In this document: in pieces, positions 40,609 to 49,020 of the stretch
How positions within the stretch are numbered: position 1 is the stretch's first letter
Layout: every line of letters begins with the position of its first letter
DNA from: an uncultured delta proteobacterium
Lineage (GTDB): Bacteria > Myxococcota_A > Polyangia > Polyangiales > JAFGIB01
Length of the DNA stretch: 64,000 bases
Direction: 5' to 3'
Assembly (NCBI GenBank): GCA_963778655.1
Contig: CAVZVA010000010.1
Location: 544,001-608,000, forward strand
Translations under genes and position numbers: made by a program
The notes under the pieces: generated by a model
Database searches by the model: none
What the model saw: the letters and a program-made list of their open reading frames with translations, nothing else
Told to the model about the DNA's origin: nothing

Positions 40609-42153
40609 TCAGTTCACGAAGTAATCGGGGCCGCGCACGTTGTCGTGCTCGACCGGAGCCTGCGCCACGTCGGCCTCGAGCGTCGGCTGCGAGTCCAGGC
40701 CCAGCCGCAGCACGGACTCGACGCTGCGGTAGGAGCGGGCGTGAGCCGCGAAGCAGCGCGCGCAGGCGTTCTCGACGCGGCCATCGCCGTACTTCTTGGC
40801 CAGGCGCAGAATGCCCAGGCACGAGCGAAAGCCCTGCTCGGGGTGCGGCCGGTCGGCCAAGATCGCGCTGCAGAGGGCGTGCGTCGAGGGGCCCAGCGTT
40901 TCTGCCCACGACAGAATGCGCGACGGCGTCCACTCTGCGTGCTGGCGGTGAGCGCTCGGCATGTGCGCGGGGACCGTCGCGTAGCGGTCGCGACCCTGGC
41001 GCTGGTGCAACGCGACGCGGCGGCCGCGCAACTGGACCTCGACCATGGTGGCCGTCGCGCACAGCCAGACCTCTTCGCCGACGTAGCGATGCGGCACCGA
41101 GTACAAGCGCTCGCCGAAGGCGACGTGGTAGTCGATGTTGACCGTGGCCTTCTTCCACTCGGTGATCTCGTAGCGGTCGACCGGCAGCGGCAGCAGCTGC
41201 GCTCGCTCCGTCGCCTCGAACAACTCGAGCCGGCTCTTGCCGTACTCGCGCATCGTTCGCCGGTTGAGGTCGTGCAGGCACTGCGCGATCGCTTCGTTGA
41301 GCGCCGCCAGGGTGTGAAACACCCGGTTGCGCAGCCGCGCCAGGATCCAGCGCTGCGCGACCTGCACCCCGACCTCGACCTTGGCCTTGTGCCGAGGCTT
41401 GCCCTTGTGCGCCGGCAGCACCGCGGTGCCGTAGTGCAGCGCCATGTGCTCGTAGCTACGCTGCACCGTCGGTTCGTAGAAGCACGCCCGGGTCACCCCG
41501 CTCTTGAGGTTGTCGGGAACGAGCGCGCGGGCGACGCCGCCGAAGAACGAGAACGCCCGAACGTGGCTGCCCACGAAGTCGGTCACCTGCTGGCTGTACG
41601 TCGCCTCCGCGTATGTGTAGCTCGATGCCCCCAGCACCGCGACGAACAGCTCGACCTCGATCACTTCGCCCGTCACCGGGTCGACCAGCGTCGGCTTCTT
41701 GCCCGAGTAGTCGACGAACATCTTGTCGCCGGCGATGTGGTGCTGGCGCATCACCAGCCCGCGACGCTTGAGAAACTCCCGGTAGCGGTCACAGAACGCC
41801 GTGTACTGGTAGCCGCCGGGGTTGGCCTCCAGGTACTCCAGGTGCAGCAGTTGCAGCGTCACCCCCGGCCGCGCGCGCTCGCGGTGGATCCACGCGCAGT
41901 CCGGCTCCGGCCGCGCGATCAGCGCCGCCGCTGCGCTCTCGGGGTACAGCGCCGCCTCGAGCTCAGCCTCGCCAAGCTGCCGCGCCTGGCCGTACGTGCT
42001 CAGCCCGGCGGTCGCCGCGCGCCGCAGCACGTTGACCACCGTCGCCGGGCTGACTCCAGCGCTGCGCGCCACCCGCCGGTTCGACAGCCGCAGCTCCCAC
42101 TTCAGTCGTAGAATCTCCAGTACCTTGCGCATGGGCAGTCGCTCGTTCGCCAT
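40609..42153 (-). CDS. istA: IS21 transposase
   Basis: N-terminal HTH, FVDYSG, PDNLKSGV and KAKVE motifs. Confidence 0.95.
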   Translation of the reverse strand: MANERLPMRKVLEILRLKWELRLSNRRVARSAGVSPATVVNVLRRAATAGLSTYGQARQLGEAELEAALYPESAAAALIARPEPDCAWIHRERARPGVTLQLLHLEYLEANPGGYQYTAFCDRYREFLKRRGLVMRQHHIAGDKMFVDYSGKKPTLVDPVTGEVIEVELFVAVLGASSYTYAEATYSQQVTDFVGSHVRAFSFFGGVARALVPDNLKSGVTRACFYEPTVQRSYEHMALHYGTAVLPAHKGKPRHKAKVEVGVQVAQRWILARLRNRVFHTLAALNEAIAQCLHDLNRRTMREYGKSRLELFEATERAQLLPLPVDRYEITEWKKATVNIDYHVAFGERLYSVPHRYVGEEVWLCATATMVEVQLRGRRVALHQRQGRDRYATVPAHMPSAHRQHAEWTPSRILSWAETLGPSTHALCSAILADRPHPEQGFRSCLGILRLAKKYGDGRVENACARCFAAHARSYRSVESVLRLGLDSQPTLEADVAQAPVEHDNVRGPDYFVN

Positions 42154-42257
42154 CCGTTCCTCCTTCGAGGACGGGACCTGCTCGAGCCCTTCTGCCGTCG
42201 CCTGCTCCGCCTCGCGGCCCGCGAGTCTGCGCGCTCCGCGACCAGTCCCTAGCTGGG

Positions 42258-42395
42258 AGTGATCACGATGCCCCGATCTGGCCGATCACGACCCCGATCT
42301 CGGCGATCACGATGCCGATCTCGGCGATCACCATGCCGCGATCTCAGCGATCACGATGCCGCGATCTCGGCGATCACGATCGCGCGGTGCGCGCA
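42258..42395. repeat. IS21 subterminal transposase-binding repeats
   Basis: Six or more imperfect gatctcggcgatcacgatgcc units; inverted counterparts at 39757-39812. Confidence 0.85.
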
Positions 42396-43093
42396 CGAAC
42401 AGCTCGGAAAGCAGCCTCTGCGTCTTGCGCCGGCTCAGATGGTAGGCGCCCGTGAGCATCGCGACCACGGCGGTCAGGCAGGGCCCGAACGCCGAGCTGG
42501 GGATCTGCGCGCTGTCGTACGCCGCTCGGGTGCAGGCGCCACAGCGCTCGCACTTGCCTTCGTGCCGGCGCCACTCGGTCAGGTGCGGGCGGTGGTCGCG
42601 CAGCTCGAGCTGCTGGTAGCGGCACGCAGCGACATCGACGACCTGCGGCAGCCGGCACGCGCAGCCAAGGCACACGTCCGGGAACAGGTCGATGAACGTG
42701 TCGACGCGCTCGACCGGCAGCAGCTCGCGGTACGACCCGCGGTGACCCTTCTGGCCGCCGCGCTTGCGCCCCGACTTTGGCCGCCGCCTGCCCGCCGCCG
42801 CCCCACCGCCCGAGCCCGGCCCGTCGCTTGACGGCGGCAGGTGTGAATTTTTCGAGTTGCGGTTGAGCAGCTCGGTCAGAACCTCGATCTGCGCCGCCTG
42901 CTTGGCGACCAACGCGGTCAGCTCGGCCACCTTCGCGCGTTGCTCCCCCACGACGACTTCGAGCTCTGCGACACGCGCTTCGGTCGCCCCCTGCTCAGCC
43001 TCGTCCCCGACCGCCACACCGAGCTTAGATCACGCCCCGATCGCCATGTCCATCCGTCTGGCGCAGAAAAATGCCGGGGCTGAACGGTTACGC

Positions 43094-43360
43094 TCAACCG
43101 GTACGACGCCGTGCGACACGGAGCTCCTCCCGTACGACGCGACGCACGACGGCCTCGAGAGGCTCCGTGCGGCTCGCAATGAACGAGCGCAGAGCGTCGT
43201 TGATCAAAGACTGGTAGTTCCCACCGCCAGCGGCGTGCACCTGGCCTCGAAACCAGTCGAGAACGTCGTCATCGAGACGGATGGTAATTCGAGTCTTGCC
43301 CTTCGGAACGGGCACAACCGGGCCGCGCTTCGCGCGGGTGAAGTCGTATTGCTTTCGCAT
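43094..43360 (-). CDS. brnA: BrnA antitoxin
   Basis: YDFT...RITIRLDDDVLDWFR...YQSLINDAL. Confidence 0.9.
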   Translation of the reverse strand: MRKQYDFTRAKRGPVVPVPKGKTRITIRLDDDVLDWFRGQVHAAGGGNYQSLINDALRSFIASRTEPLEAVVRRVVREELRVARRRTG

Positions 43361-43361
43361 C

Positions 43362-43631
43362 CTACGTCTCCTCTTCGTACTGACGCCGCTCGCGACGCGT
43401 GGCCTTGCGCGCAGAGACCAGCCTAATGTCGTCGCGACGACCAGTCCAGGCGACGACGAGCACACGCCCTGCCGAATCCATCGCGAGCGTCACGAAGCGT
43501 TCTTCGTCGGGGTGGGGATCAGGCATCGTGAGCGCACGCGGATCACCGAACACGGTCGCAGCATCCGCGAAGTCGATGCCGTGCTTGGCGAGGTTGGACC
43601 CCGCCTTCCGCGGATCCCACTGGAACGCCAT
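43362..43631 (-). CDS. brnT: BrnT toxin
   Basis: FQWDPRKAGSNLAKHGIDF...IRLVSARKAT. Confidence 0.92.
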   Translation of the reverse strand: MAFQWDPRKAGSNLAKHGIDFADAATVFGDPRALTMPDPHPDEERFVTLAMDSAGRVLVVAWTGRRDDIRLVSARKATRRERRQYEEET

Positions 43632-43703
43632 TCCCTAGTGTATGCACATTTGTGCACGACCGCAAGTCGTCCTGTTTCCCGGGCTCGCGACGCAGGCATG
43701 CCC

Positions 43704-43897
43704 ACCCAACGGACCTGGCGGTCAGCTGCAAGGCCGCGCGAACGGCCCCTGGTTCAGCTGCAAGGCCCGCGTTGGGCGTTCAGCGATGGAGACCGCGGGC
43801 CCTCGACGACGATCACTATCACAGAGTCGAGGGCCCGCGTAAGCCACCCGTTCGGTCATCGATGGCGGGCCTTGTCAGCTGCAACCAGTTGTTAGCC
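43704..43897 (-). other. attC site plus an extra nested L'/R' half-site
   Basis: Two tandem arms (43704-43736 and 43737-43770) but one partner arm ending gttagcc. Confidence 0.8.
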
Positions 43898-44737
43898 GGC
43901 GTCCTTGCCAGCGAGTCGGGGCGCAGCTTCGTCCATCGCATAGTGCACGAACTGGCCTCCGAGCTCGGTCAGCTCGTACGGCTCCTTGTCATCGAATGCA
44001 GACTTCATGGTCCGACCGGTTCGAGCTGGTCGCTTTGCTCCGCGAGGCTTCTGAATGAAGTTTCCCGCGTAGTCGGTGTCGCGATGCTGTCGAATCACGC
44101 TGCCGGTGCTGAGGTCGCGGATGAGAAGCTTGAACAGGTCTGCCTCTGCCGAGTTCTCGGGAACATCGACGCCGTGAATCTCCTCCCAGATCTCGGCTCG
44201 GGTAACGCGCGGGCTGTGGTAGACGACCCGGATGACCAGGAAGTGTGCCTCATCGTAGGTGTCGATCCAGTCGAGAAAGAGCCGCACGACGTCATCGGAG
44301 CACTGTCGAGTGGCTCCGGCGTTTGTCAATGTCCTGCGAACGCGCTCTCTCTTCTCCGTCGTGTTCGCATGATCCCACGTTCGGAATCCTTGCCGCACGA
44401 GCGCAAGGTAGCGTTCGTCGGTCAGACGCTTGTCGACCATCTCACCTAGCTCAGTAAGGCGACCGATCATCTGGCGCAGCGTGCGCTCAAGGTCTCGGAT
44501 CTTCGCCTGATGTTCCTCGAGCCAACGATGAGAAAGGTCGTTGACGCGAGCTTGCTCTGTTTCAGCGTGAATTGCGGCGCTGGCGGCGAGAACACCGCCG
44601 ATCCAGGGGATGCTCCCCATGGCAGCGACGACGAAGCGGCCAAATTTTGAATAGCCCGGTCCACCGAGGACCGATGGAAGCGCCACATCGGGATCGGATG
44701 CGAGTTCGCCATCAGCGACTACGATGTCGTCGGTCAT
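43892..44737 (-). CDS. Cassette hypothetical protein (281 aa)
   Basis: Fills the cassette; TAA stop within the R'' box. Confidence 0.75.
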   Translation of the reverse strand: MTDDIVVADGELASDPDVALPSVLGGPGYSKFGRFVVAAMGSIPWIGGVLAASAAIHAETEQARVNDLSHRWLEEHQAKIRDLERTLRQMIGRLTELGEMVDKRLTDERYLALVRQGFRTWDHANTTEKRERVRRTLTNAGATRQCSDDVVRLFLDWIDTYDEAHFLVIRVVYHSPRVTRAEIWEEIHGVDVPENSAEADLFKLLIRDLSTGSVIRQHRDTDYAGNFIQKPRGAKRPARTGRTMKSAFDDKEPYELTELGGQFVHYAMDEAAPRLAGKDAG

Positions 44738-44749
44738 GCTCTCTCGTCC

Positions 44750-44909
44750 GGCTAACGAGAATGGCGTTCAGCTGCAAGGCCGCGCCACCTCGACCTGAGC
44801 CTGCGGGCCCCGGCGCCCGCAGGCGGCTGAGCACCGATAGTCGCGCTGAGTTCACCGAACATCAAGACGCCCGCCGCGCGGCCTTGTCGGCTGCAACGCC
44901 TAGTTAGCC
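44750..44909 (-). other. attC site
   Basis: ggctaac-gttcagctgcaaggccgcgc / gcgcggccttgtcggctgcaac-gttagcc. Confidence 0.9.
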
Positions 44910-45421
44910 GGCCTCTTCGGTACGGGGTCTTCGAGTTCAAGTGCGAGCTCAAATTTGTTGCTTGGGTCTCCGACTCCGGTCACATGGAGCACCCACGTTC
45001 CTTCCGCCACTCCGCTCGGCGGTGGATTCGTTTGGGAAGTCTGGACCTCGTAGGTGCATGCGGGATCGCGTGTGATGAACTCGGCCTTCCAACCAGTGCT
45101 CGATCGCCGAAGGGCAACGGGCGTCGTTCCAGTTGCGCAGGCTGCTACCAGCGCACCCGCGACGTACGATCGGTGATCGCTGATGACGGCGCGAAGGGCG
45201 ACGGTGAACCTTGGGCCACGCGGTGCAATGAGCCGGACCTTCTTGTTCAGGACGTCGGAAGGAGCGAGTCGAATAGGACCGCGGATTTCAGCATCTCTGA
45301 CGGTTCCGACGACAGTGTACGGGCGTGGCTCTGGCACGCCGACGTACGCGACGAACATCGCGAGGAGGAGACCAAACGCGCCGAGGCAAACCTTCCAGGT
45401 CGTCTTTCGATCTCGGGACAC
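44900..45421 (-). CDS. Cassette hypothetical protein with N-terminal TM helix
   Basis: Single ORF between attC sites; start uncertain. Confidence 0.55.
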   Translation of the reverse strand: MSRDRKTTWKVCLGAFGLLLAMFVAYVGVPEPRPYTVVGTVRDAEIRGPIRLAPSDVLNKKVRLIAPRGPRFTVALRAVISDHRSYVAGALVAACATGTTPVALRRSSTGWKAEFITRDPACTYEVQTSQTNPPPSGVAEGTWVLHVTGVGDPSNKFELALELEDPVPKRPAN

Positions 45422-45699
45422 GTGCGAAGTGTGGTTCGTCTTCCTTCCGGTCCGGCTAACGGACCACGAGTTCAGCTGCGAAGCCCCCGTTGAGCTCCCC
45501 ATCCAGCACGACCGCGGGCCCGCCCGGTCCTTGCTGTTTACCACGATGGGCGCCGGCCCGCGTAGCACCACGCCCCCCGAACGCCGACAGGGGGCCTTCG
45601 TCAGTCAGCTATAGGCCGTTCGTAGAAATCAGTGGGGATGCCTCGGGGTGAACCTCGAGTCGACAAAGTCGCCCATGGTTCGTGCAGGAGGTCATCCCC

Positions 45700-47022
45700 A
45701 TGAAGAAGCGTATCTATCGTCGAGTACGGGTCAAGGACGTCGCCGCCGAGGGGCTACTGGAGAAGCTGCCGGAGCCAGTGGTGATCGTGGCTCTGGACGT
45801 GGCCAAGCACGCGCAGGTGGCGGCGTTCGCGGGAGCAGAGTCGGGCGTGGCGGCGACGGTGAGCTTCCGCCATCCCGAGGAGAGCCCGGCGTGGCTCGCG
45901 CTGGTAGCCGGCTTGGTGGCACGCGGTAAGCGGGTGGAAGCGGTGATGGAGCCCTCGGGCAGCTATGGCGATGCGCTTCGCCACCGGCTGCGCGAGCTCG
46001 GCGCATCGGTGTACCGCGTCGGCAGCAAGCGCACGCACGACGCGGCCGAGCTGTTCGACGCGGTGCCGTCGATGCACGATGCCAAGGCGGCGGCGGTGCT
46101 GGTACGGCTGCACCTGTCGGGGTTGAGCACGCCGTGGGAGGAGCCCGGCGAGCAGCTTCGGGAGCTGTCGGCGGCGCTGTCGACGATGTTGCTGCACCAG
46201 GAGCACTACCTTCGCAACCTCAACGTGCTCGAATCGCTGTTGGCGCGCCACTGGCCGGAGTTGCTGACGCACGTGGACCTGACGAGCGCGAGCATGCTGG
46301 CGCTCTTGTCACGTATGGGCGGCCCGTCGGAGGTCGCGTCGTCGCAGCCGCAGGCTCGCGCGCTGCTGCACGGCATGAGCCGCGGGCTGATGAAGCCCGA
46401 GCGCATCGCGGCGGCGGTCGGCTCGGCGGCGACGACGTTGGGAGCACCGATGTTGGCGGCGGAGCGGGAGCGGATGTCGCACCTGGCCGAGGAGCTTCAC
46501 CGCACGCTCAAGGCTTGTAAGCACGCTCGGCGGCGCGCGGTGGAGCTCGGCAAGAGCGTGCCCGAGGTCGCGCAGCTCGGCGCCGTGGTCGGGATGACGA
46601 CCGCGGCGGTGTTGTTCGCAGAGGTGGGCAGCCCCAAGAACTTCTGCTGCGCGCAGGCGTACGTGAAAGCGTTCGGCCTGAACCTGCGCGAGAAGAGCAG
46701 CGGCGCGCACCAAGGCCGGCCGTCGCTGACCAAGCGCGGCTCGTCGCGAGCACGCATGATGTTGTGGCTGGCGGTGCTGCGCTGGGTACAGAGCGATGCG
46801 GTCGCTGCCGCCTGGTACCAGCGCAAGGTCGAGCGCGATGGTGGCCGCAAGATGCCCGCGCTCGGCGCGCTGATGCGCAAGCTCGCCAAGGCGCTGTACC
46901 ACGTCGGCCGCGGCGAGGCGTTCGACGTGCACAGGCTCTTCGACTGCGCGCGGCTGGGCGTCGAGGACGCCGCTGCGGTGCAGTCGACGCCCACGCTCGA
47001 GGCGATGGAGGTCACCATGTAG
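45700..47022 (+). CDS. IS110 family transposase/recombinase (440 aa)
   Basis: ALDVAK, MEPSG, HDAKAA, GLNLREKSSG and LTKRG motifs; GGAGG RBS. Confidence 0.92.
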   Translation: MKKRIYRRVRVKDVAAEGLLEKLPEPVVIVALDVAKHAQVAAFAGAESGVAATVSFRHPEESPAWLALVAGLVARGKRVEAVMEPSGSYGDALRHRLRELGASVYRVGSKRTHDAAELFDAVPSMHDAKAAAVLVRLHLSGLSTPWEEPGEQLRELSAALSTMLLHQEHYLRNLNVLESLLARHWPELLTHVDLTSASMLALLSRMGGPSEVASSQPQARALLHGMSRGLMKPERIAAAVGSAATTLGAPMLAAERERMSHLAEELHRTLKACKHARRRAVELGKSVPEVAQLGAVVGMTTAAVLFAEVGSPKNFCCAQAYVKAFGLNLREKSSGAHQGRPSLTKRGSSRARMMLWLAVLRWVQSDAVAAAWYQRKVERDGGRKMPALGALMRKLAKALYHVGRGEAFDVHRLFDCARLGVEDAAAVQSTPTLEAMEVTM

Positions 47023-47039
47023 CCACGACCTGTTCTTGC

Positions 47040-47250
47040 ATCGCCCGCAAGGCTTCCGACGGGGTGACCTTCAGTTGCAACTCCTGGTCCGCGCTCGTGA
47101 GACCCTTTGTCAGTCCCGAGGCGCCCCGGCGGTCGTGTCGCGCAACGCAATGCCCAACGAAGCTGATTCGGCGCCGCAGAGCGGACGTCCCACGTAAGAG
47201 CTTTGGCCTACCTGCCCCGCACGACCCGGAACGCATTGCCGGCGAGCACT
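47040..47250 (+). ncRNA. Predicted bridge/seek RNA with target-binding and donor-binding loops
   Basis: GTTGCAACT (47074) and TTGTCAG (47107) match the attC target; AGCTGATT (47161) and AAGAG (47196) match the circle junction; each pair flanks a hairpin. Confidence 0.72.
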
Positions 47251-47387
47251 CACTCACCTCGCTCGAGATCGCCCCGACCCTCCTTCCCGGCGACGGCGCA
47301 CTCGTGCGAGAAGCGGGGTCTCGATCGATACGATCGCTTGCGCTTGCACGGGCTACAAGAGCTGCAACGCCTAGTTAGCCGGTGCTC

Positions 47388-48023
47388 CTACTCCACCTCG
47401 TCCACGAGGTATCGGATGTCCCGGAGGAGAAAGGACTTTGGTTCTTCTTGAACAAGGACTAGTTCGTAATCTTTGCAGATCGTGATGAGTTCCTGTGTGG
47501 GCTGCACCTTCAAATCGACTCTGCAATACGGATCCTTCATCCGAAACCCCGCGTGGACGAGTTGCGTGTAGTACGGTCCGGATCGCGAACGGATAGCCCG
47601 CTCAAGCTCGTCACGCGAGAGCTCGCCGACCGCGACTTCGTTCACGTCAGCGAAGCGAATACCACGTTTGGAGACGAGCCGTACGAACTGTGTGCCATCG
47701 AAGGGGCCGGCCTTGGAAATCTCAAACGGATAGGCAAGACCAGTCACGTGACCGGAAGGGGCAATGCCCCAAGCGTGGGCTGGCGGTGCGGCGCGCTCCA
47801 GTAAGTCCAGGACGGTTGCGTTGGCAGGCTCCGGATCAGCATGAGGGACGGCAGGCCCTGCCACCGATTCCGGAGGTTTCGCAACATCGTGCTGAGCGCG
47901 ATCACTCGATGGTGGCTGGGCCGAGGTCTGAAGTTCGCGTTTCGGGCCAGACGAGCAACTGAGCAGAAGCGCTAACGGAAGCGATCGAAGAATGGCAACC
48001 GCGCAGTGTAGGTGGTTCTGCAT
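47388..48023 (-). CDS. Cassette lipoprotein, copy B
   Basis: LLLSC lipobox; ATG 2 nt after the R' box; same protein as 48193-48828. Confidence 0.7.
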   Translation of the reverse strand: MQNHLHCAVAILRSLPLALLLSCSSGPKRELQTSAQPPSSDRAQHDVAKPPESVAGPAVPHADPEPANATVLDLLERAAPPAHAWGIAPSGHVTGLAYPFEISKAGPFDGTQFVRLVSKRGIRFADVNEVAVGELSRDELERAIRSRSGPYYTQLVHAGFRMKDPYCRVDLKVQPTQELITICKDYELVLVQEEPKSFLLRDIRYLVDEVE

Positions 48024-48025
48024 CC

Positions 48026-48185
48026 GGCTAACGGACCTGGCGTTCAGCTGCAAGGCCCGCGCGGCCACAACCCAGCCTGCGGGCCCCGGCGCCCGCAGGC
48101 GTCCGAGCACCGGTAGTCGCGCCGAGTTCACCGAACATCAAGACGCCACCCGCGCGGCCTTGTCAGCTGCAACGCCTAGTTAGCC
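48026..48185 (-). other. attC site
   Basis: ggctaac-gttcagctgcaaggcc / ggccttgtcagctgcaac-gttagcc. Confidence 0.92.
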
Positions 48186-48192
48186 GGTGCTC

Positions 48193-48828
48193 CTACTCCA
48201 CCTCGTCCACGAGGTATCGGATGTCCCGGAGGAGAAAGGACTTTGGTTCTTCTTGAACAAGGACTAGTTCGTAATCTTTGCAGATCGTGATGAGTTCCTG
48301 TGTGGGCTGCACCTTCAAATCGACTCTGCAATACGGATCCTTCATCCGAAACCCCGCGTGGACGAGTTGCGTGTAGTACGGTCCGGATCGCGAACGGATA
48401 GCCCGCTCAAGCTCGTCACGCGAGAGCTCGCCGACCGCGACTTCGTTCACGTCAGCGAAGCGAATACCACGTTTGGAGACGAGCCGTACGAACTGTGTGC
48501 CATCGAAGGGGCCGGCCTTGGAAATCTCAAACGGATAGGCAAGACCAGTCACGTGACCGGAAGGGGCAATGCCCCAAGCGTGGGCTGGCGGTGCGGCGCG
48601 CTCCAGTAAGTCCAGGACGGTTGCGTTGGCAGGCTCCGGATCAGCATGAGGGACGGCAGGCCCTGCCACCGATTCCGGAGGTTTCGCAACATCGTGCTGA
48701 GCGCGATCACTCGATGGTGGCTGGGCCGAGGTCTGAAGTTCGCGTTTCGGGCCAGACGAGCAACTGAGCAGAAGCGCTAACGGAAGCGATCGAAGAATGG
48801 CAACCGCGCAGTGTAGGTGGTTCTGCAT
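48193..48828 (-). CDS. Cassette lipoprotein, copy A
   Basis: Tandem duplicate at an 805-bp offset. Confidence 0.7.
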   Translation of the reverse strand: MQNHLHCAVAILRSLPLALLLSCSSGPKRELQTSAQPPSSDRAQHDVAKPPESVAGPAVPHADPEPANATVLDLLERAAPPAHAWGIAPSGHVTGLAYPFEISKAGPFDGTQFVRLVSKRGIRFADVNEVAVGELSRDELERAIRSRSGPYYTQLVHAGFRMKDPYCRVDLKVQPTQELITICKDYELVLVQEEPKSFLLRDIRYLVDEVE

Positions 48829-48830
48829 CC

Positions 48831-49001
48831 GGCTAACGGCCCTGGCGTTGAGCTGCAAGCCCCGCCCCCGAGCTAGCAGCGAAGCGCGACCGCGGGCCTG
48901 ACGACGTCGCGGCAGTTTCAGATGATGTCGGCAGGCCCGCGTGCGATCAAGCGTGCAGAGCAGCACCAGCGGGGCTTGTCAGCTCCAATGCCAAGTTAGG
49001 C
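48831..49001 (-). other. attC site
   Basis: ggctaac-gttgagctgcaagccccgc / gcggggcttgtcagctccaat-gttaggc. Confidence 0.88.
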
Positions 49002-49020
49002 GGTGCCCGGGGACGGGTTC

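Larger units (their letters stand above)
39745..42395 (-). mobile_element. IS21-family element, complete
   Basis: TG...CA ends, 7-bp target duplication CGAACAG (39738-44 / 42396-402), multiple subterminal repeats, istA + istB. Confidence 0.93.
39471..43091 (-). mobile_element. IS66-family (single-ORF, ISBst12-like) remnant, interrupted by IS21 and truncated
   Basis: End GTAACCGTTCA at 43091; NSKNSHLPPSSD, GGQKGHRG and CxxCG motifs (42396-43017); TDATSW...LVSDR fragment (39471-39744). Confidence 0.82.
45605..47361 (+). mobile_element. IS110-family element copy 2, full length (1757 bp), attC-targeting
   Basis: Ends defined by comparing both copies and empty attC sites; AG core, no long target duplication, ~340 bp downstream non-coding end. 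Confidence 0.92.
45454..47380 (-). other. attC site interrupted by IS110 copy 2 (appears chimeric)
   Basis: ggctaac-gttcagctgcgaag arm; removing the IS restores ttcgtcagctgcaac-gccta-gttagcc. Confidence 0.85.

Noticed and set aside
42258..42395. Regular ~20-bp repeats as a CRISPR array
   Set aside because: No unique spacers or cas genes; these are IS21 subterminal repeats mirrored at the other IS end
45607..45610. AGCT as a 4-bp target duplication defining the IS110 ends
   Set aside because: It leaves an extra TCAG in both restored attC sites. The AG core restores the normal hairpin, fits the donor-loop guides and gives 17-bp promoter spacing.
47201..47212. GGCCTA as an additional donor guide matching the IS left end
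   Set aside because: Only 6 nt, and it overlaps the stem closing the donor loop; could be chance
48024..48131. N-terminal ORF extensions reading through attC sites (also at 37322-37498, 45422-45571, 48829-48966)
   Set aside because: Stop-free GC-rich attC sequence; plausible starts lie inside the cassettes
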